This document shows positions 10,028 through 18,741 of a DNA stretch of 64,000 nucleotides, one piece after another (positions within the stretch are counted from its first letter, which is position 1; each line of letters opens with the position of its first letter). The notes under the pieces are model-generated. The model worked only from the letters and a program-made list of their open reading frames with translations, searched no databases and had not been told where the DNA came from. The stretch spans positions 631,415 through 695,414 of the forward strand of contig DAOORK010000001.1 in assembly GCA_035389185.1 (NCBI GenBank). The letters are read 5' to 3'. The DNA is from Candidatus Woesebacteria bacterium (GTDB lineage Bacteria > Patescibacteriota > Microgenomatia > UBA1400 > MFAQ01). The position numbers and the translations under genes were made by a program.

Positions 10028-10813
10028 ATGAAAAAGTATCGGCTTTATATTGACGAGTCTGGTAGTCATGAATATTCGGATAAGGATTCTATAAAGAGTC
10101 GTTATTTGGGTCTGCTAGGTGTAGTGGTGGAGTCTGGCGAGTATGAAACCAATATCCAGCCTAGGGTTATTGAACTCAAAAAAATGTTTTCGAATGACGC
10201 AGATGATTTGGTAGTATTACACCGTGATGAAATTGCTAACTTACAAGGACCGTTTTCAAAGCTATCCGATGAGGAATTTAAGAATAACTTTGACAGTAAA
10301 TTAAAAAGTTTGTTTAAAGAAGGGGAGTACCTCTTGCTTGGTGTTGTCTTAGACAAGAAAACTCATTATGCTCGCTACAAAACATCTGCTCTACACCCTT
10401 ATCATTACTGTCTCAATGTTATTTTGGAAAGATATGTCTTTTATTTAGAAGAAGTGGGAGGAGTCGGGGATGTAATGTCAGAAGCTAGAGGTAAAAATGA
10501 AGATAGTGCTTTAAGGGGTGCGTATTCTAACTTTTTTAACAATGGAACGTATTTTTGTAAGGCTCCACGAGTTCAGGCAAAATTAACTTCGAAAGCGATT
10601 AAGCTGAGAACAAAAGAAAACACGACTCAAGGACTAGAAATGGCTGACTTGCTGGTCTTAGCAACTAAAATTCTCATTCTCTTCTTATATAAGAAGATTG
10701 GACCATTAACTGGTAATTTCAACAAACAGGTAATGAGATGGGTTTGGTCCAAGTTCAGGCGTGAGCTAATATCCAAGAGAGTTAAGGGCTATGGAATAAA
10801 GTTGATTGAGTAA
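10028..10813 (+). CDS. DUF3800-family protein
   Basis: Starts MKKYRLYIDESGSHEY, the characteristic DUF3800 N-terminal YxDESG motif; start set at the internal ATG at 10028. Confidence 0.55.
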   Translation: MKKYRLYIDESGSHEYSDKDSIKSRYLGLLGVVVESGEYETNIQPRVIELKKMFSNDADDLVVLHRDEIANLQGPFSKLSDEEFKNNFDSKLKSLFKEGEYLLLGVVLDKKTHYARYKTSALHPYHYCLNVILERYVFYLEEVGGVGDVMSEARGKNEDSALRGAYSNFFNNGTYFCKAPRVQAKLTSKAIKLRTKENTTQGLEMADLLVLATKILILFLYKKIGPLTGNFNKQVMRWVWSKFRRELISKRVKGYGIKLIE

Positions 10814-10922
10814 ATAATGAAAAAGCCGATTACTCGGCTCGTTCACGATGCTCTTGCGAGGCATCCCCCTCCGATGAACGGATTAAGTAAATAATAGCAT
10901 TTGTTTTAGAGTTTGTGTGCTA

Positions 10923-12614
10923 CTAGGCACAAATTGGTTGAATTTTGAAGGTTTCAAACACTGTTTGGATGTTCTGTAAGCTAAATCCAAACTTTATTTC
11001 TCGGTTCTTAAATGCGTTTACCAAGGGGAGCCAAGCTGGATTTGAAGGTATCAAAAGAGGATTATTGAGCTGTATATCGCGATATTCCTGAGATTCGATC
11101 CAATCTTCTTTTAATTCCGACCATTTTTCTTGATTTGCGAAGACTTTATAGCGTTCTTTCAGATCTATCCGTACTTTTTTGTTGTGTAAATAGAGGTTCG
11201 ATCCAACTTTGTTGAGGATGTAGCGTTTATCTTCAACCTCGCCATTCATAAATCTATCTCTGGCACGGTTGGCATAGTCAATGGTTGTGCGTATTGCCTT
11301 ATACTCATTTTGACTGTTATCGCTTAAGAGTAGAGCCTTGAGTTGCTCAATCTTCTTATTTAGCTCCCGTTTTTTGCTTTCATAGGTAGTTTCGTCAATG
11401 CTGTTGTTTAGGTAAACATCTAAAAGACGATCTAGACTTGTTTGTGCCTTATCAAGCGCTGACTTTTGAGATTTCTTGATATCGGTAGCCTCATCAGCTT
11501 TACTCTGCTCAAGATAGTCAATCCAGCGGTTTGCCCAGTCGATAAAATCTTGGGGTGGTTTTATTTTTTCAAGTTCTTGAGCAGTTTCAGCTTTTAGATC
11601 TATTTCTGTTATTGGATCTTCGTGACATTCAATCTTATGGTTTTTTCTGGTGCAGTGGTGGTAGGTGTAGGTAACAGTTCTATTTGTTCCTCTGTAATAC
11701 TTGGTTTTGACAGTTCCGGTTATGGAGCATCCACAGGTTTCGCATAGGTACAGCCCGTTTAAATCGAGCCTGTGGCTTCTACGTACAGGTCTTCCTTTTC
11801 TGCCGAGCATTTTTTGTATTTGGTCAAACTGTTCTGGTGTGACCATGGCTTGGTGTCTACCGTGATACCACTTCCCACTCCCTTTTGGCCATTCATAATC
11901 GCCGGAATAGAAAGGATTTGTTAATAAGTTGTAAAAAGTTGACCTTGGTATCGGTAGACCAGCCTTGTTTGTTAATTTCCACACGTCTGTTGCTGTTTTC
12001 CAAATGTCGATTACTTGCTCACCGTCAAGGACTTTGAGTAACGATTTTCTAATGAGGTCAAACCTTTTTTTGTCTGGTCTAATTGTTTTGTAGCCCTTTT
12101 TCCCTAGGGGATTGTTTTTATATCCAGTTGGCGCTGGGGCGGGGTACCAACCCTTTTCTGCTTTAGTACGCATACCACGTTGGGAGCTTATTCCCTTATT
12201 GTCGTTTTCTAGCTTTGCTTGACTGCAATCAAGATTGAAAAGGAATTTATCATAGGGGTTGTCTTTATAAACCCTTGAAGCAGTGGTTATTTGCAGGAGG
12301 AACTTTTGATCCATGAGATATATCAACGCTCCAGTATCAACCGAGTTTCGCGATAACCGATCAGCACTCCAAGCAAGGATGGCGTTTGCTTCACCGTTCT
12401 TAATTTTCTCGAGCATTGTATTGAAGGCTAATCTCCCGGGTTTCTTGGCTGATTTTGATTCTGAAAGTGTCTCGGTTGTTTTTAGCTTGTTATTTGATTT
12501 GATGCGATCAAGTTCTTTTGTTTGGGATTCAAGCGAAAGGGCTTGTCTCTCCTCTGATTCTGAAGACTTACGGCAATAGACTATGTGTTTAATTGTTTTT
12601 GTTTCTTCGTTCAT
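10923..12614 (-). CDS. large serine recombinase, second copy
   Basis: IVYCRKSSESEERQ...DRLSRN resolvase domain; recombinase domain; zinc ribbon CETCGC...YHHC; C-terminal coiled-coil. Confidence 0.85.
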   Translation of the reverse strand: MNEETKTIKHIVYCRKSSESEERQALSLESQTKELDRIKSNNKLKTTETLSESKSAKKPGRLAFNTMLEKIKNGEANAILAWSADRLSRNSVDTGALIYLMDQKFLLQITTASRVYKDNPYDKFLFNLDCSQAKLENDNKGISSQRGMRTKAEKGWYPAPAPTGYKNNPLGKKGYKTIRPDKKRFDLIRKSLLKVLDGEQVIDIWKTATDVWKLTNKAGLPIPRSTFYNLLTNPFYSGDYEWPKGSGKWYHGRHQAMVTPEQFDQIQKMLGRKGRPVRRSHRLDLNGLYLCETCGCSITGTVKTKYYRGTNRTVTYTYHHCTRKNHKIECHEDPITEIDLKAETAQELEKIKPPQDFIDWANRWIDYLEQSKADEATDIKKSQKSALDKAQTSLDRLLDVYLNNSIDETTYESKKRELNKKIEQLKALLLSDNSQNEYKAIRTTIDYANRARDRFMNGEVEDKRYILNKVGSNLYLHNKKVRIDLKERYKVFANQEKWSELKEDWIESQEYRDIQLNNPLLIPSNPAWLPLVNAFKNREIKFGFSLQNIQTVFETFKIQPICA

Positions 12615-13066
12615 ATGATTGTTTTACTAACAATTAATGCTCTCTTTTGCTCGTCAAGTCTAGTGAACAGCTTATTCTTTTTAGTCTTATTTATTTCTGT
12701 ATTATTAGCGGGAGTTACATTTCCACTATATGGAGGAAGTGGATTTCCTGTATTAAAAGAAGTCCAGTTCCTTAAAAACTTGTCAGGACTGAGGATTAAA
12801 TAAGTATTGTGTTTGTCGTTCGGATACTTGGTTATTTGGATTAAGTCATACTTTACGAGAATTTTTAGGTACTCTCTAATCATTCTGTCTGTTCGGTTCA
12901 TCTTTTTTGCCAATAACTTTTCGGTGGGGAAGCAGGAATATCGTTCTGGAAAACCGTAGCAGAAGCTTCTAATTATGATGTAAAGCGCCTTTATTTGTGG
13001 TTCAAGCAGGGGGGAATAGAGAATGAAATTCTCAACTTGTGTATAGCCTTCCTTTTTGTTTTTCAT
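12611..13066 (-). CDS. winged-helix/HTH DNA-binding protein (putative replication or transcription regulator)
   Basis: ...LAKKMNRTDRMIREYLKILVKYDLI... HTH-like segment; the gene starts at the recombinase gene's stop codon. Confidence 0.35.
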   Translation of the reverse strand: MKNKKEGYTQVENFILYSPLLEPQIKALYIIIRSFCYGFPERYSCFPTEKLLAKKMNRTDRMIREYLKILVKYDLIQITKYPNDKHNTYLILSPDKFLRNWTSFNTGNPLPPYSGNVTPANNTEINKTKKNKLFTRLDEQKRALIVSKTII

Positions 13067-13203
13067 TCTTATCTTTGGCTAAAAACTGGAATAGCTCTAA
13101 AAAATCCCAGCTCTCGATCTTTGCTTCTGCTTCGGCTAGCTTTCTTCCGAAGTGTTTAATTAATAACTGTCGATATTCAGCTACTGCCTGTAGGGGTAAG
13201 GAT

Positions 13204-13449
13204 CTAGACTCTTTCATACAAGCGTGCCTTGAGCTCCTTAATTGCCTCAACAAGGTCTTTGCTGGCTACTAATAGTGAACGATCCCAGTGTGATTGGATG
13301 GTGTTTTCAACATCTTCGGGTGAATGGTCAAAAATAAACTCAACAAGCTTGTTGTTAAGCCGATTGAGCTGTCTTAGTTTCAATCCAGCTGCCATTAGTG
13401 CAGTACTTAGATAGAAGTCTTTTGTGGTGAAATACTTATCTTTTTCCAT
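13204..13449 (-). CDS. small hypothetical protein (81 aa)
   Basis: ORF in the minus-strand island gene string. Confidence 0.35.
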   Translation of the reverse strand: MEKDKYFTTKDFYLSTALMAAGLKLRQLNRLNNKLVEFIFDHSPEDVENTIQSHWDRSLLVASKDLVEAIKELKARLYERV

Positions 13450-13513
13450 ATCTTGTGGCTATGATGCCTTGATATGGAAATCATCTCAGGGGAGTTTGGC
13501 TGGAAATTCCGAC

Positions 13514-14380
13514 TTAATCAGCAATAAGTCGGAAAATACCACTCCAGTATTTTGGGGTGGGTAGTTGGTATCTCTCAACGACGTCGTAATAATTTCGTTT
13601 TAGCTTAGCTTGAAGCTTTTCTGTCTGTTTAAGGTAAATTTCTTCTAGTTCGTCTTCTGGTAGGTTTCCATATTTTTCTTCAATGAGATTTCCGGTTGCA
13701 CGCTCAATTGCGGCAGATATTAGAGTGTTGTATTCACCACGGTTTTTATCATTATTGAGCATGATTAATGATTCTTCTACCCTGAGGAATGATTTGATTT
13801 TTGATCTATCTTGCGAGCTTATGTCATGACGTTTTCTTTTTAACACCCTGCTTATGCTCTTGTCTGGAGTTAAGTCGGATAAGAACTCTTGGGCATCGGT
13901 TAGTGCATTGAACACATCTTCTTTTGAGGTATTTATGCTTATTGGAATATATGTTCCTTGGGTTATTGGTGAAATGGCGGACGCTATGACGAAGTTTCTC
14001 TCAGCGATCAATCCGTTAGGTTTACGGTCAAACACAACGAAATCTACCAGTAGCTCGGGTGGAAGATTTAATTTAGTAGCCAATCTAATCTCGTCCTTTA
14101 GTAGTCTAGAGAGGATGAACCAGTTCATCATGGTAAAAACATGTGGGTCTAGCGGAGTGTTTTCTTTGTAGGTGGACTTCCAAGTATTGGCAAATTCATT
14201 TGCTAGGTCGAGATGGTTTTTCCCACTCCATTCGTATAGCGCTTTCTCATCAACAAATGGCCTTGTTATCCCAAGTTTCTCTCGGGCATTTATGGCTAGC
14301 TTGAAGGCAATATAGCTATTGAAAAACAACTGAACGCGAAGGGAGTAGTAATCTAACCCCTCAATTATTTTCATACTCAT
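13514..14380 (-). CDS. hypothetical protein, possibly Abi-like
   Basis: 288 aa; the N-terminal YYSLRVQLFF...Y segment loosely resembles the Abi_2 YYRLSxY motif; weak. Confidence 0.4.
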   Translation of the reverse strand: MSMKIIEGLDYYSLRVQLFFNSYIAFKLAINAREKLGITRPFVDEKALYEWSGKNHLDLANEFANTWKSTYKENTPLDPHVFTMMNWFILSRLLKDEIRLATKLNLPPELLVDFVVFDRKPNGLIAERNFVIASAISPITQGTYIPISINTSKEDVFNALTDAQEFLSDLTPDKSISRVLKRKRHDISSQDRSKIKSFLRVEESLIMLNNDKNRGEYNTLISAAIERATGNLIEEKYGNLPEDELEEIYLKQTEKLQAKLKRNYYDVVERYQLPTPKYWSGIFRLIAD

Positions 14381-14711
14381 CTGGCTGAATCTTACTCCAA
14401 GAGTAGGTGTCTAGGTGGGTTTTAGGTTGAAAATTTGTTACTTAAACACATAATCTTGTCGTTTCACCTAAATTAGATTGACTTTTAATACAGTTCTTGA
14501 TTTTTCAGCCTCAATGAAAGTCCAAAAAATACTGTAAAAAACTCTCAAAATTGTGTAGAAACACTATGCATATTAAGTATTTTGAGGCTAAAATAACAAA
14601 TAATTTTCGGAGAGTTTTGACAGTTCCAGTTTCTTGTGATGAAAGTGATTATGACGTTGAGGCTAAATATCTAGTTGGGCAGGTGTTCAGGATTAATGTC
14701 TGTGAAGGTTT

Positions 14712-14999
14712 TTATGGCCTCCAAAGTTTTTTGGCGATTAACCTTTTAAGCGCATTAAATAACCATTTGAACAGTAACACCAAGAGGAAGCATATTGCTA
14801 CAAGAATCCAGTAAATCCATCCTTGAGGATTGGGAGCAATATCAGCAATTAATCCACTGTCAGCCTCTAGAGTGAGGGCATAAAAGATGAACAAACCGAC
14901 CGTGGCGACGGGGATACAGACAGCTACTAATCCAATTCGGATTATTGTAAAAATTAGTTTAATGATTTTCCTTAGGAGTTCCTTTCTCTTTTTTGTCAT
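14712..14999 (-). CDS. small membrane protein (overlaps upstream membrane gene; possible frameshifted single gene)
   Basis: hydrophobic; 41-65 bp overlap with 14959..15447 in a different frame. Confidence 0.35.
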   Translation of the reverse strand: MTKKRKELLRKIIKLIFTIIRIGLVAVCIPVATVGLFIFYALTLEADSGLIADIAPNPQGWIYWILVAICFLLVLLFKWLFNALKRLIAKKLWRP

Positions 15000-15447
15000 T
15001 AAGTTTCTTATAGACAACACCAATTATTAGTAGCGTTATGACCATGGATAGGGCATAGATGATTGGTGATGCGATTTCATAAGATTGTATGAATACGCCT
15101 AAGATGAAAGTTACAGGAAGCTGAACGAGGAAGAAGAATGGTGCCCCAATTAAGAAGGTGGAAATTACAGCTCTTGTGTTTCTGAAAAATATTGCATCGA
15201 GGAAGCACTTTATTCCAACCAATAGGATATTTGATTCTTTCTGGCTGCTAGTATTTTCGAGTTGGTGATTTTTCCATTGGCTTATTAGGAAAATGGCAGC
15301 AGTTATGGCTATTGATACGACTGCAAGCTCTATAAGTCCAAGCAATACGTTGTTTGTTTCTTGGTAAAACATGGGGAGAAAAACAAGGAGAGTAATGGCT
15401 AGTAGCCACTTGTGTTTTTTAATGAAGGCTTTGTATTGGTCGATCAT
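14959..15447 (-). CDS. membrane protein (4 TM)
   Basis: hydrophobic helices. Confidence 0.45.
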   Translation of the reverse strand: MIDQYKAFIKKHKWLLAITLLVFLPMFYQETNNVLLGLIELAVVSIAITAAIFLISQWKNHQLENTSSQKESNILLVGIKCFLDAIFFRNTRAVISTFLIGAPFFFLVQLPVTFILGVFIQSYEIASPIIYALSMVITLLIIGVVYKKLNDKKEKGTPKENH

Positions 15448-15514
15448 ACTTTTCTCATTATAACGCTATGTTTACTGCGTTGTCGTCAAGGACGGATACT
15501 ACCACACTTATCTT

Positions 15515-15733
15515 GTGATATCCAAAGAAAAACTGAGCAAACTGATTGGGAAGCGAATTAGAGAGGAGAGGGAGAAAAGGGGGTTGTCGCAAGAAGCCTT
15601 AGCCGGTGACGCGGGTCTGTACAGGACTTATGTCGGTCACCTTGAAAATGGGAGGTATATGCCGACCATATTTACGATTTATCGTGTGGCTGAAGTGTTA
15701 AAGATCGATCCCCTGAGTTTGCTTAAGATTTAA
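15515..15733 (+). CDS. XRE-family HTH regulator, likely controller (C) protein of the downstream R-M module
   Basis: GLSQEALAGDAGLYRTYVGHLENG HTH; 72 aa; GTG start; lies just upstream of the C5-MTase gene. Confidence 0.65.
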   Translation: MISKEKLSKLIGKRIREEREKRGLSQEALAGDAGLYRTYVGHLENGRYMPTIFTIYRVAEVLKIDPLSLLKI

Positions 15734-15790
15734 ATTGTTGAGTTTGACGACCTGCTCGATTAAATCGTCATTGTTGGTTACAATGGGTGT

Positions 15791-16855
15791 ATGGCAAAGA
15801 AAATTAGGGTTGTAGACCTATTCTGTGGTATTGGTGGTCTAACCCATGGACTGATCAAGGAAGGTCTAGAGGTGGTGGCGGGAATAGACAACGATAATTC
15901 ATGCAAGTTTGGTTACGAGCATAACAATAGGGCAAAATTTATCGGTAAAGATATTCTTGAGGTTACGGCTGGTGAGGTAAGTAAGTTGTTTGGTAAAGGG
16001 GCGATCAGAGTCCTTGCGGGATGTGCTCCTTGTCAACCTTTCTCCAGATTGAATCTTAAAGAAATAACAAAAAAGCAACTTCAGCCACTTGAAAAATTTG
16101 CACAGTTGATTGAGGAGGTTAAGCCAGATATTGTTTCCATGGAAAATGTTAGTGAGTTGGCAAAAATGGACAAATATCCCATTTTTAAGACTTTCCTTGA
16201 TACCTTGGAAAGGAATGGTTACAGATATAAATATGAAGTTGTTGATGTTTCCGAATACGGCGTCCCCCAAAGCAGGAGGAGGCTTGTTTTGTTGGCTTCA
16301 AGATTTGGCGAGATTGAATTGGTGAAGCGGACACATAAAGACAACCGTGTGACTGTAAAAGACGTTATAAGAGATCTTGAGCCGATTCGGGATGGCGAAG
16401 TAAGTAGGAAAGACCCTCTCCATCGATCAAGAAAACTAAACGAGATTAATCTTAGGAGAGTAAAAGCTACTCCCCATGATGGTGGGGATTCGAGTGCGTG
16501 GAGTGAAGATCTTATTCTGAAATGTCACAGAAAAGAGTCTGGAAGTACTTATAAAAAAACTGTTTATGGTCGTATGCGATGGAATGAGCCAGCGCCTACA
16601 ATGACGACACAGTGTGTTGGGTTGGGAAATGGCCGTTTTGGTCACCCAGAGCAGGACAGGGCAATTAGCTTAAGGGAAGCGGCACGGTTTCAAACCTTTC
16701 CTGATAACTATCAGTTTTTTGATCCAAATACTCCATTTGTGACTGCTCATATAGCTAGGTTTATTGGTAATGCCGTGCCTGTGAGGCTAGGGTCTATAAT
16801 TGGGGCAAGTATAAAAATGCATATAAGTAGAAATGCCAAATCAATTCACATTTGA
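15791..16855 (+). CDS. dcm: DNA (cytosine-5)-methyltransferase
   Basis: Motif I LFCGIGG; motif IV GCAPCQPFS; motif VI MENV; motif X RFIGNAVPV. Confidence 0.9.
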   Translation: MAKKIRVVDLFCGIGGLTHGLIKEGLEVVAGIDNDNSCKFGYEHNNRAKFIGKDILEVTAGEVSKLFGKGAIRVLAGCAPCQPFSRLNLKEITKKQLQPLEKFAQLIEEVKPDIVSMENVSELAKMDKYPIFKTFLDTLERNGYRYKYEVVDVSEYGVPQSRRRLVLLASRFGEIELVKRTHKDNRVTVKDVIRDLEPIRDGEVSRKDPLHRSRKLNEINLRRVKATPHDGGDSSAWSEDLILKCHRKESGSTYKKTVYGRMRWNEPAPTMTTQCVGLGNGRFGHPEQDRAISLREAARFQTFPDNYQFFDPNTPFVTAHIARFIGNAVPVRLGSIIGASIKMHISRNAKSIHI

Positions 16856-18545
16856 GTTATCACTAAGTGTCCTAAATCATTTAGGCAGAAACCTTTATAG
16901 AAGCTTCGTCACAATATTGGGGGAGGCGATCTCAAATTCATGGGATGCAGATTCAAATAAGGTCAACATATACATTGATCGTGAACACAACAGCCTGTGT
17001 GTTAGAGATGATGGTGTGGGAATGACTGCTGATGAATTTCAGAACAAGTTTCTGAGAATTGGCTATTCAAAACGTAATTCTGAAGGTAGTAGCTCACCTG
17101 CTGGTAGACCTTATATAGGTAGAAAGGGTATCGGGAAGCTCGCTTTACTTTCATGCGCTGACAAGATTCATGTCATTAGCAAAAAAAGTGGTGGTGAATA
17201 TGTAGGAGGTGTGGTGGTTAACTCTGAGCTTGATGATGCAATCAGAGATGATTTATTGACTTCTCAATATCCACTGTCTGATATGGATATGAGCAAATTT
17301 GAGGACGTGATTGGTGGTCATGACCACGGGACAATAATATATTTTGAGAACATAAAAGATGGGGTTAAGAATAGTTTGACGTTTTTAAAGAAAGCTATTG
17401 CGTTGTATTTTCGTTTTTCGTTGATTGATCAATCGTTTAAGATTTTTTTAGGAGACGATGATGAAATTACTTACGCCGATCTCGAGGATTTATCGAGCAA
17501 AACAGAGTTTTTGTGGAAGGTAGGTGAATATGAGGATCCGTATGTAGAGAACTTAGAGGCTCGTTTTACTACAAAAGATAATGAGAAGAGGGGGATTGAA
17601 ATTGATGGAGCTTATGGTTTTGTTGCCTCTGTAAAAAAGCCGCGTGATCTAAAAATCTTGACCACTGATGAGCGGGTGGGGGTTGACTTGTTTGTAAACG
17701 GGCGTTTGAGAGAAAGAGATATTTTGAAGCACATCCCCACAGCAAGGTTGGCGGAAAACTATTTATATGGACAGATTCATCTTGACGATATGAATGACGA
17801 GCAAGATCGTTTCACAAGTAGTCGTGAAAGCGTTGTAGCGGATGACGATAAATATGAGCAATTCTTGGAAGTAATGCGAAGTAAAATATTGGAGATTGTT
17901 AACGACTGGGATAAATGGAGAATTAAGCACAGGGAAGATGGGGATCAGGAAAACGATAATATGCCTAAGGCAGAGAGAAAGTCGAGAGAGCTGTTTAATC
18001 AGATCGCTGGAGAATATGAATTGCCATCGGGAAATGCTAATGCTGGAAAAGTAGATGCATGGGTTGATTCATTGGCTGATGACGCTCAATACAACTTTCG
18101 TTCGTATGCAGAGTGCTTTGTATCCGAGAATTTGCTTCGTAAGCATATTGAAGATGGCGGTGTGGCACCTACGTCTTGTATGAACCCCGATTTGCAGGGA
18201 AATACATGTGAAGATAGATTTGATGAAGAAGCTGGTAATACCAGCTTGTGTAGTTTTTGTAAGGCTGAGAGAAGTAAACAGGGATTGCAAATTCAAAAGA
18301 ACGAAGCGGGAACGTCGATACAGATCAGAGAAGCAGAAGAGAATCCATTAATGTATATGGATTACATAGATCTAGCAAAGATAGCCGACGATGACATACT
18401 CAAAGAAGAAGATAAACCATATAAGCCATTGAGAAACTCGGTAATGCACACTTCGAGATTGACACAAGCTGCTAAGACGAAGTTGACCTCTGTTTTTGAT
18501 AATGTTGTTGCGACTGTAAAGCAGTTGGTCGGGTCTAACAGTTGA
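16833..18545 (+). CDS. GHKL (Bergerat-fold, MORC/MutL-like) ATPase, candidate restriction/defence component
   Basis: N-box EAISNSWDA; G1 DDGVGM; G2 GRKGIGKLA; Cys-rich C-terminus; the gene overlaps the dcm 3' end by 23 bp. Confidence 0.7.
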   Translation: MPNQFTFELSLSVLNHLGRNLYRSFVTILGEAISNSWDADSNKVNIYIDREHNSLCVRDDGVGMTADEFQNKFLRIGYSKRNSEGSSSPAGRPYIGRKGIGKLALLSCADKIHVISKKSGGEYVGGVVVNSELDDAIRDDLLTSQYPLSDMDMSKFEDVIGGHDHGTIIYFENIKDGVKNSLTFLKKAIALYFRFSLIDQSFKIFLGDDDEITYADLEDLSSKTEFLWKVGEYEDPYVENLEARFTTKDNEKRGIEIDGAYGFVASVKKPRDLKILTTDERVGVDLFVNGRLRERDILKHIPTARLAENYLYGQIHLDDMNDEQDRFTSSRESVVADDDKYEQFLEVMRSKILEIVNDWDKWRIKHREDGDQENDNMPKAERKSRELFNQIAGEYELPSGNANAGKVDAWVDSLADDAQYNFRSYAECFVSENLLRKHIEDGGVAPTSCMNPDLQGNTCEDRFDEEAGNTSLCSFCKAERSKQGLQIQKNEAGTSIQIREAEENPLMYMDYIDLAKIADDDILKEEDKPYKPLRNSVMHTSRLTQAAKTKLTSVFDNVVATVKQLVGSNS

Positions 18546-18741
18546 TATGACTCTAAAACGGGCTAGAAGAATCTTAGGGAAAAATGGGAAAGGGCTCACT
18601 GATGGAGAGCTTACAAAAGAGATTGAGATGGCAAGTTTTCTTGCGCAATTGGTTTTAAGTGTTGCGCGAACTAAAAAGCTGCCTTAGCCTTAATAAGCTA
18701 TAATTTCGGTTGGGAATACATATTCTTGATTGAAGAAAAGA

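Noticed and set aside
10813-10923. Possible tRNA, att or hairpin in the gap between the DUF3800 and LSR genes (cgttca...tgaacg)
   Set aside because: It has only a 6-bp stem and no tRNA-like T-arm (GTTCRANTC) or cloverleaf. It is probably just a weak terminator.
2871-12614. ccrA/ccrB-like paired recombinase cassette
   Set aside because: The two LSR genes are 6.5 kb apart and are not adjacent or co-transcribed. Tandem elements or a composite element is the better description.
14551-14814. 87-aa ORF in the AT-rich gap
   Set aside because: It sits in a non-coding-looking region and overlaps the 3' end of the convergent membrane gene. It has no motif support.
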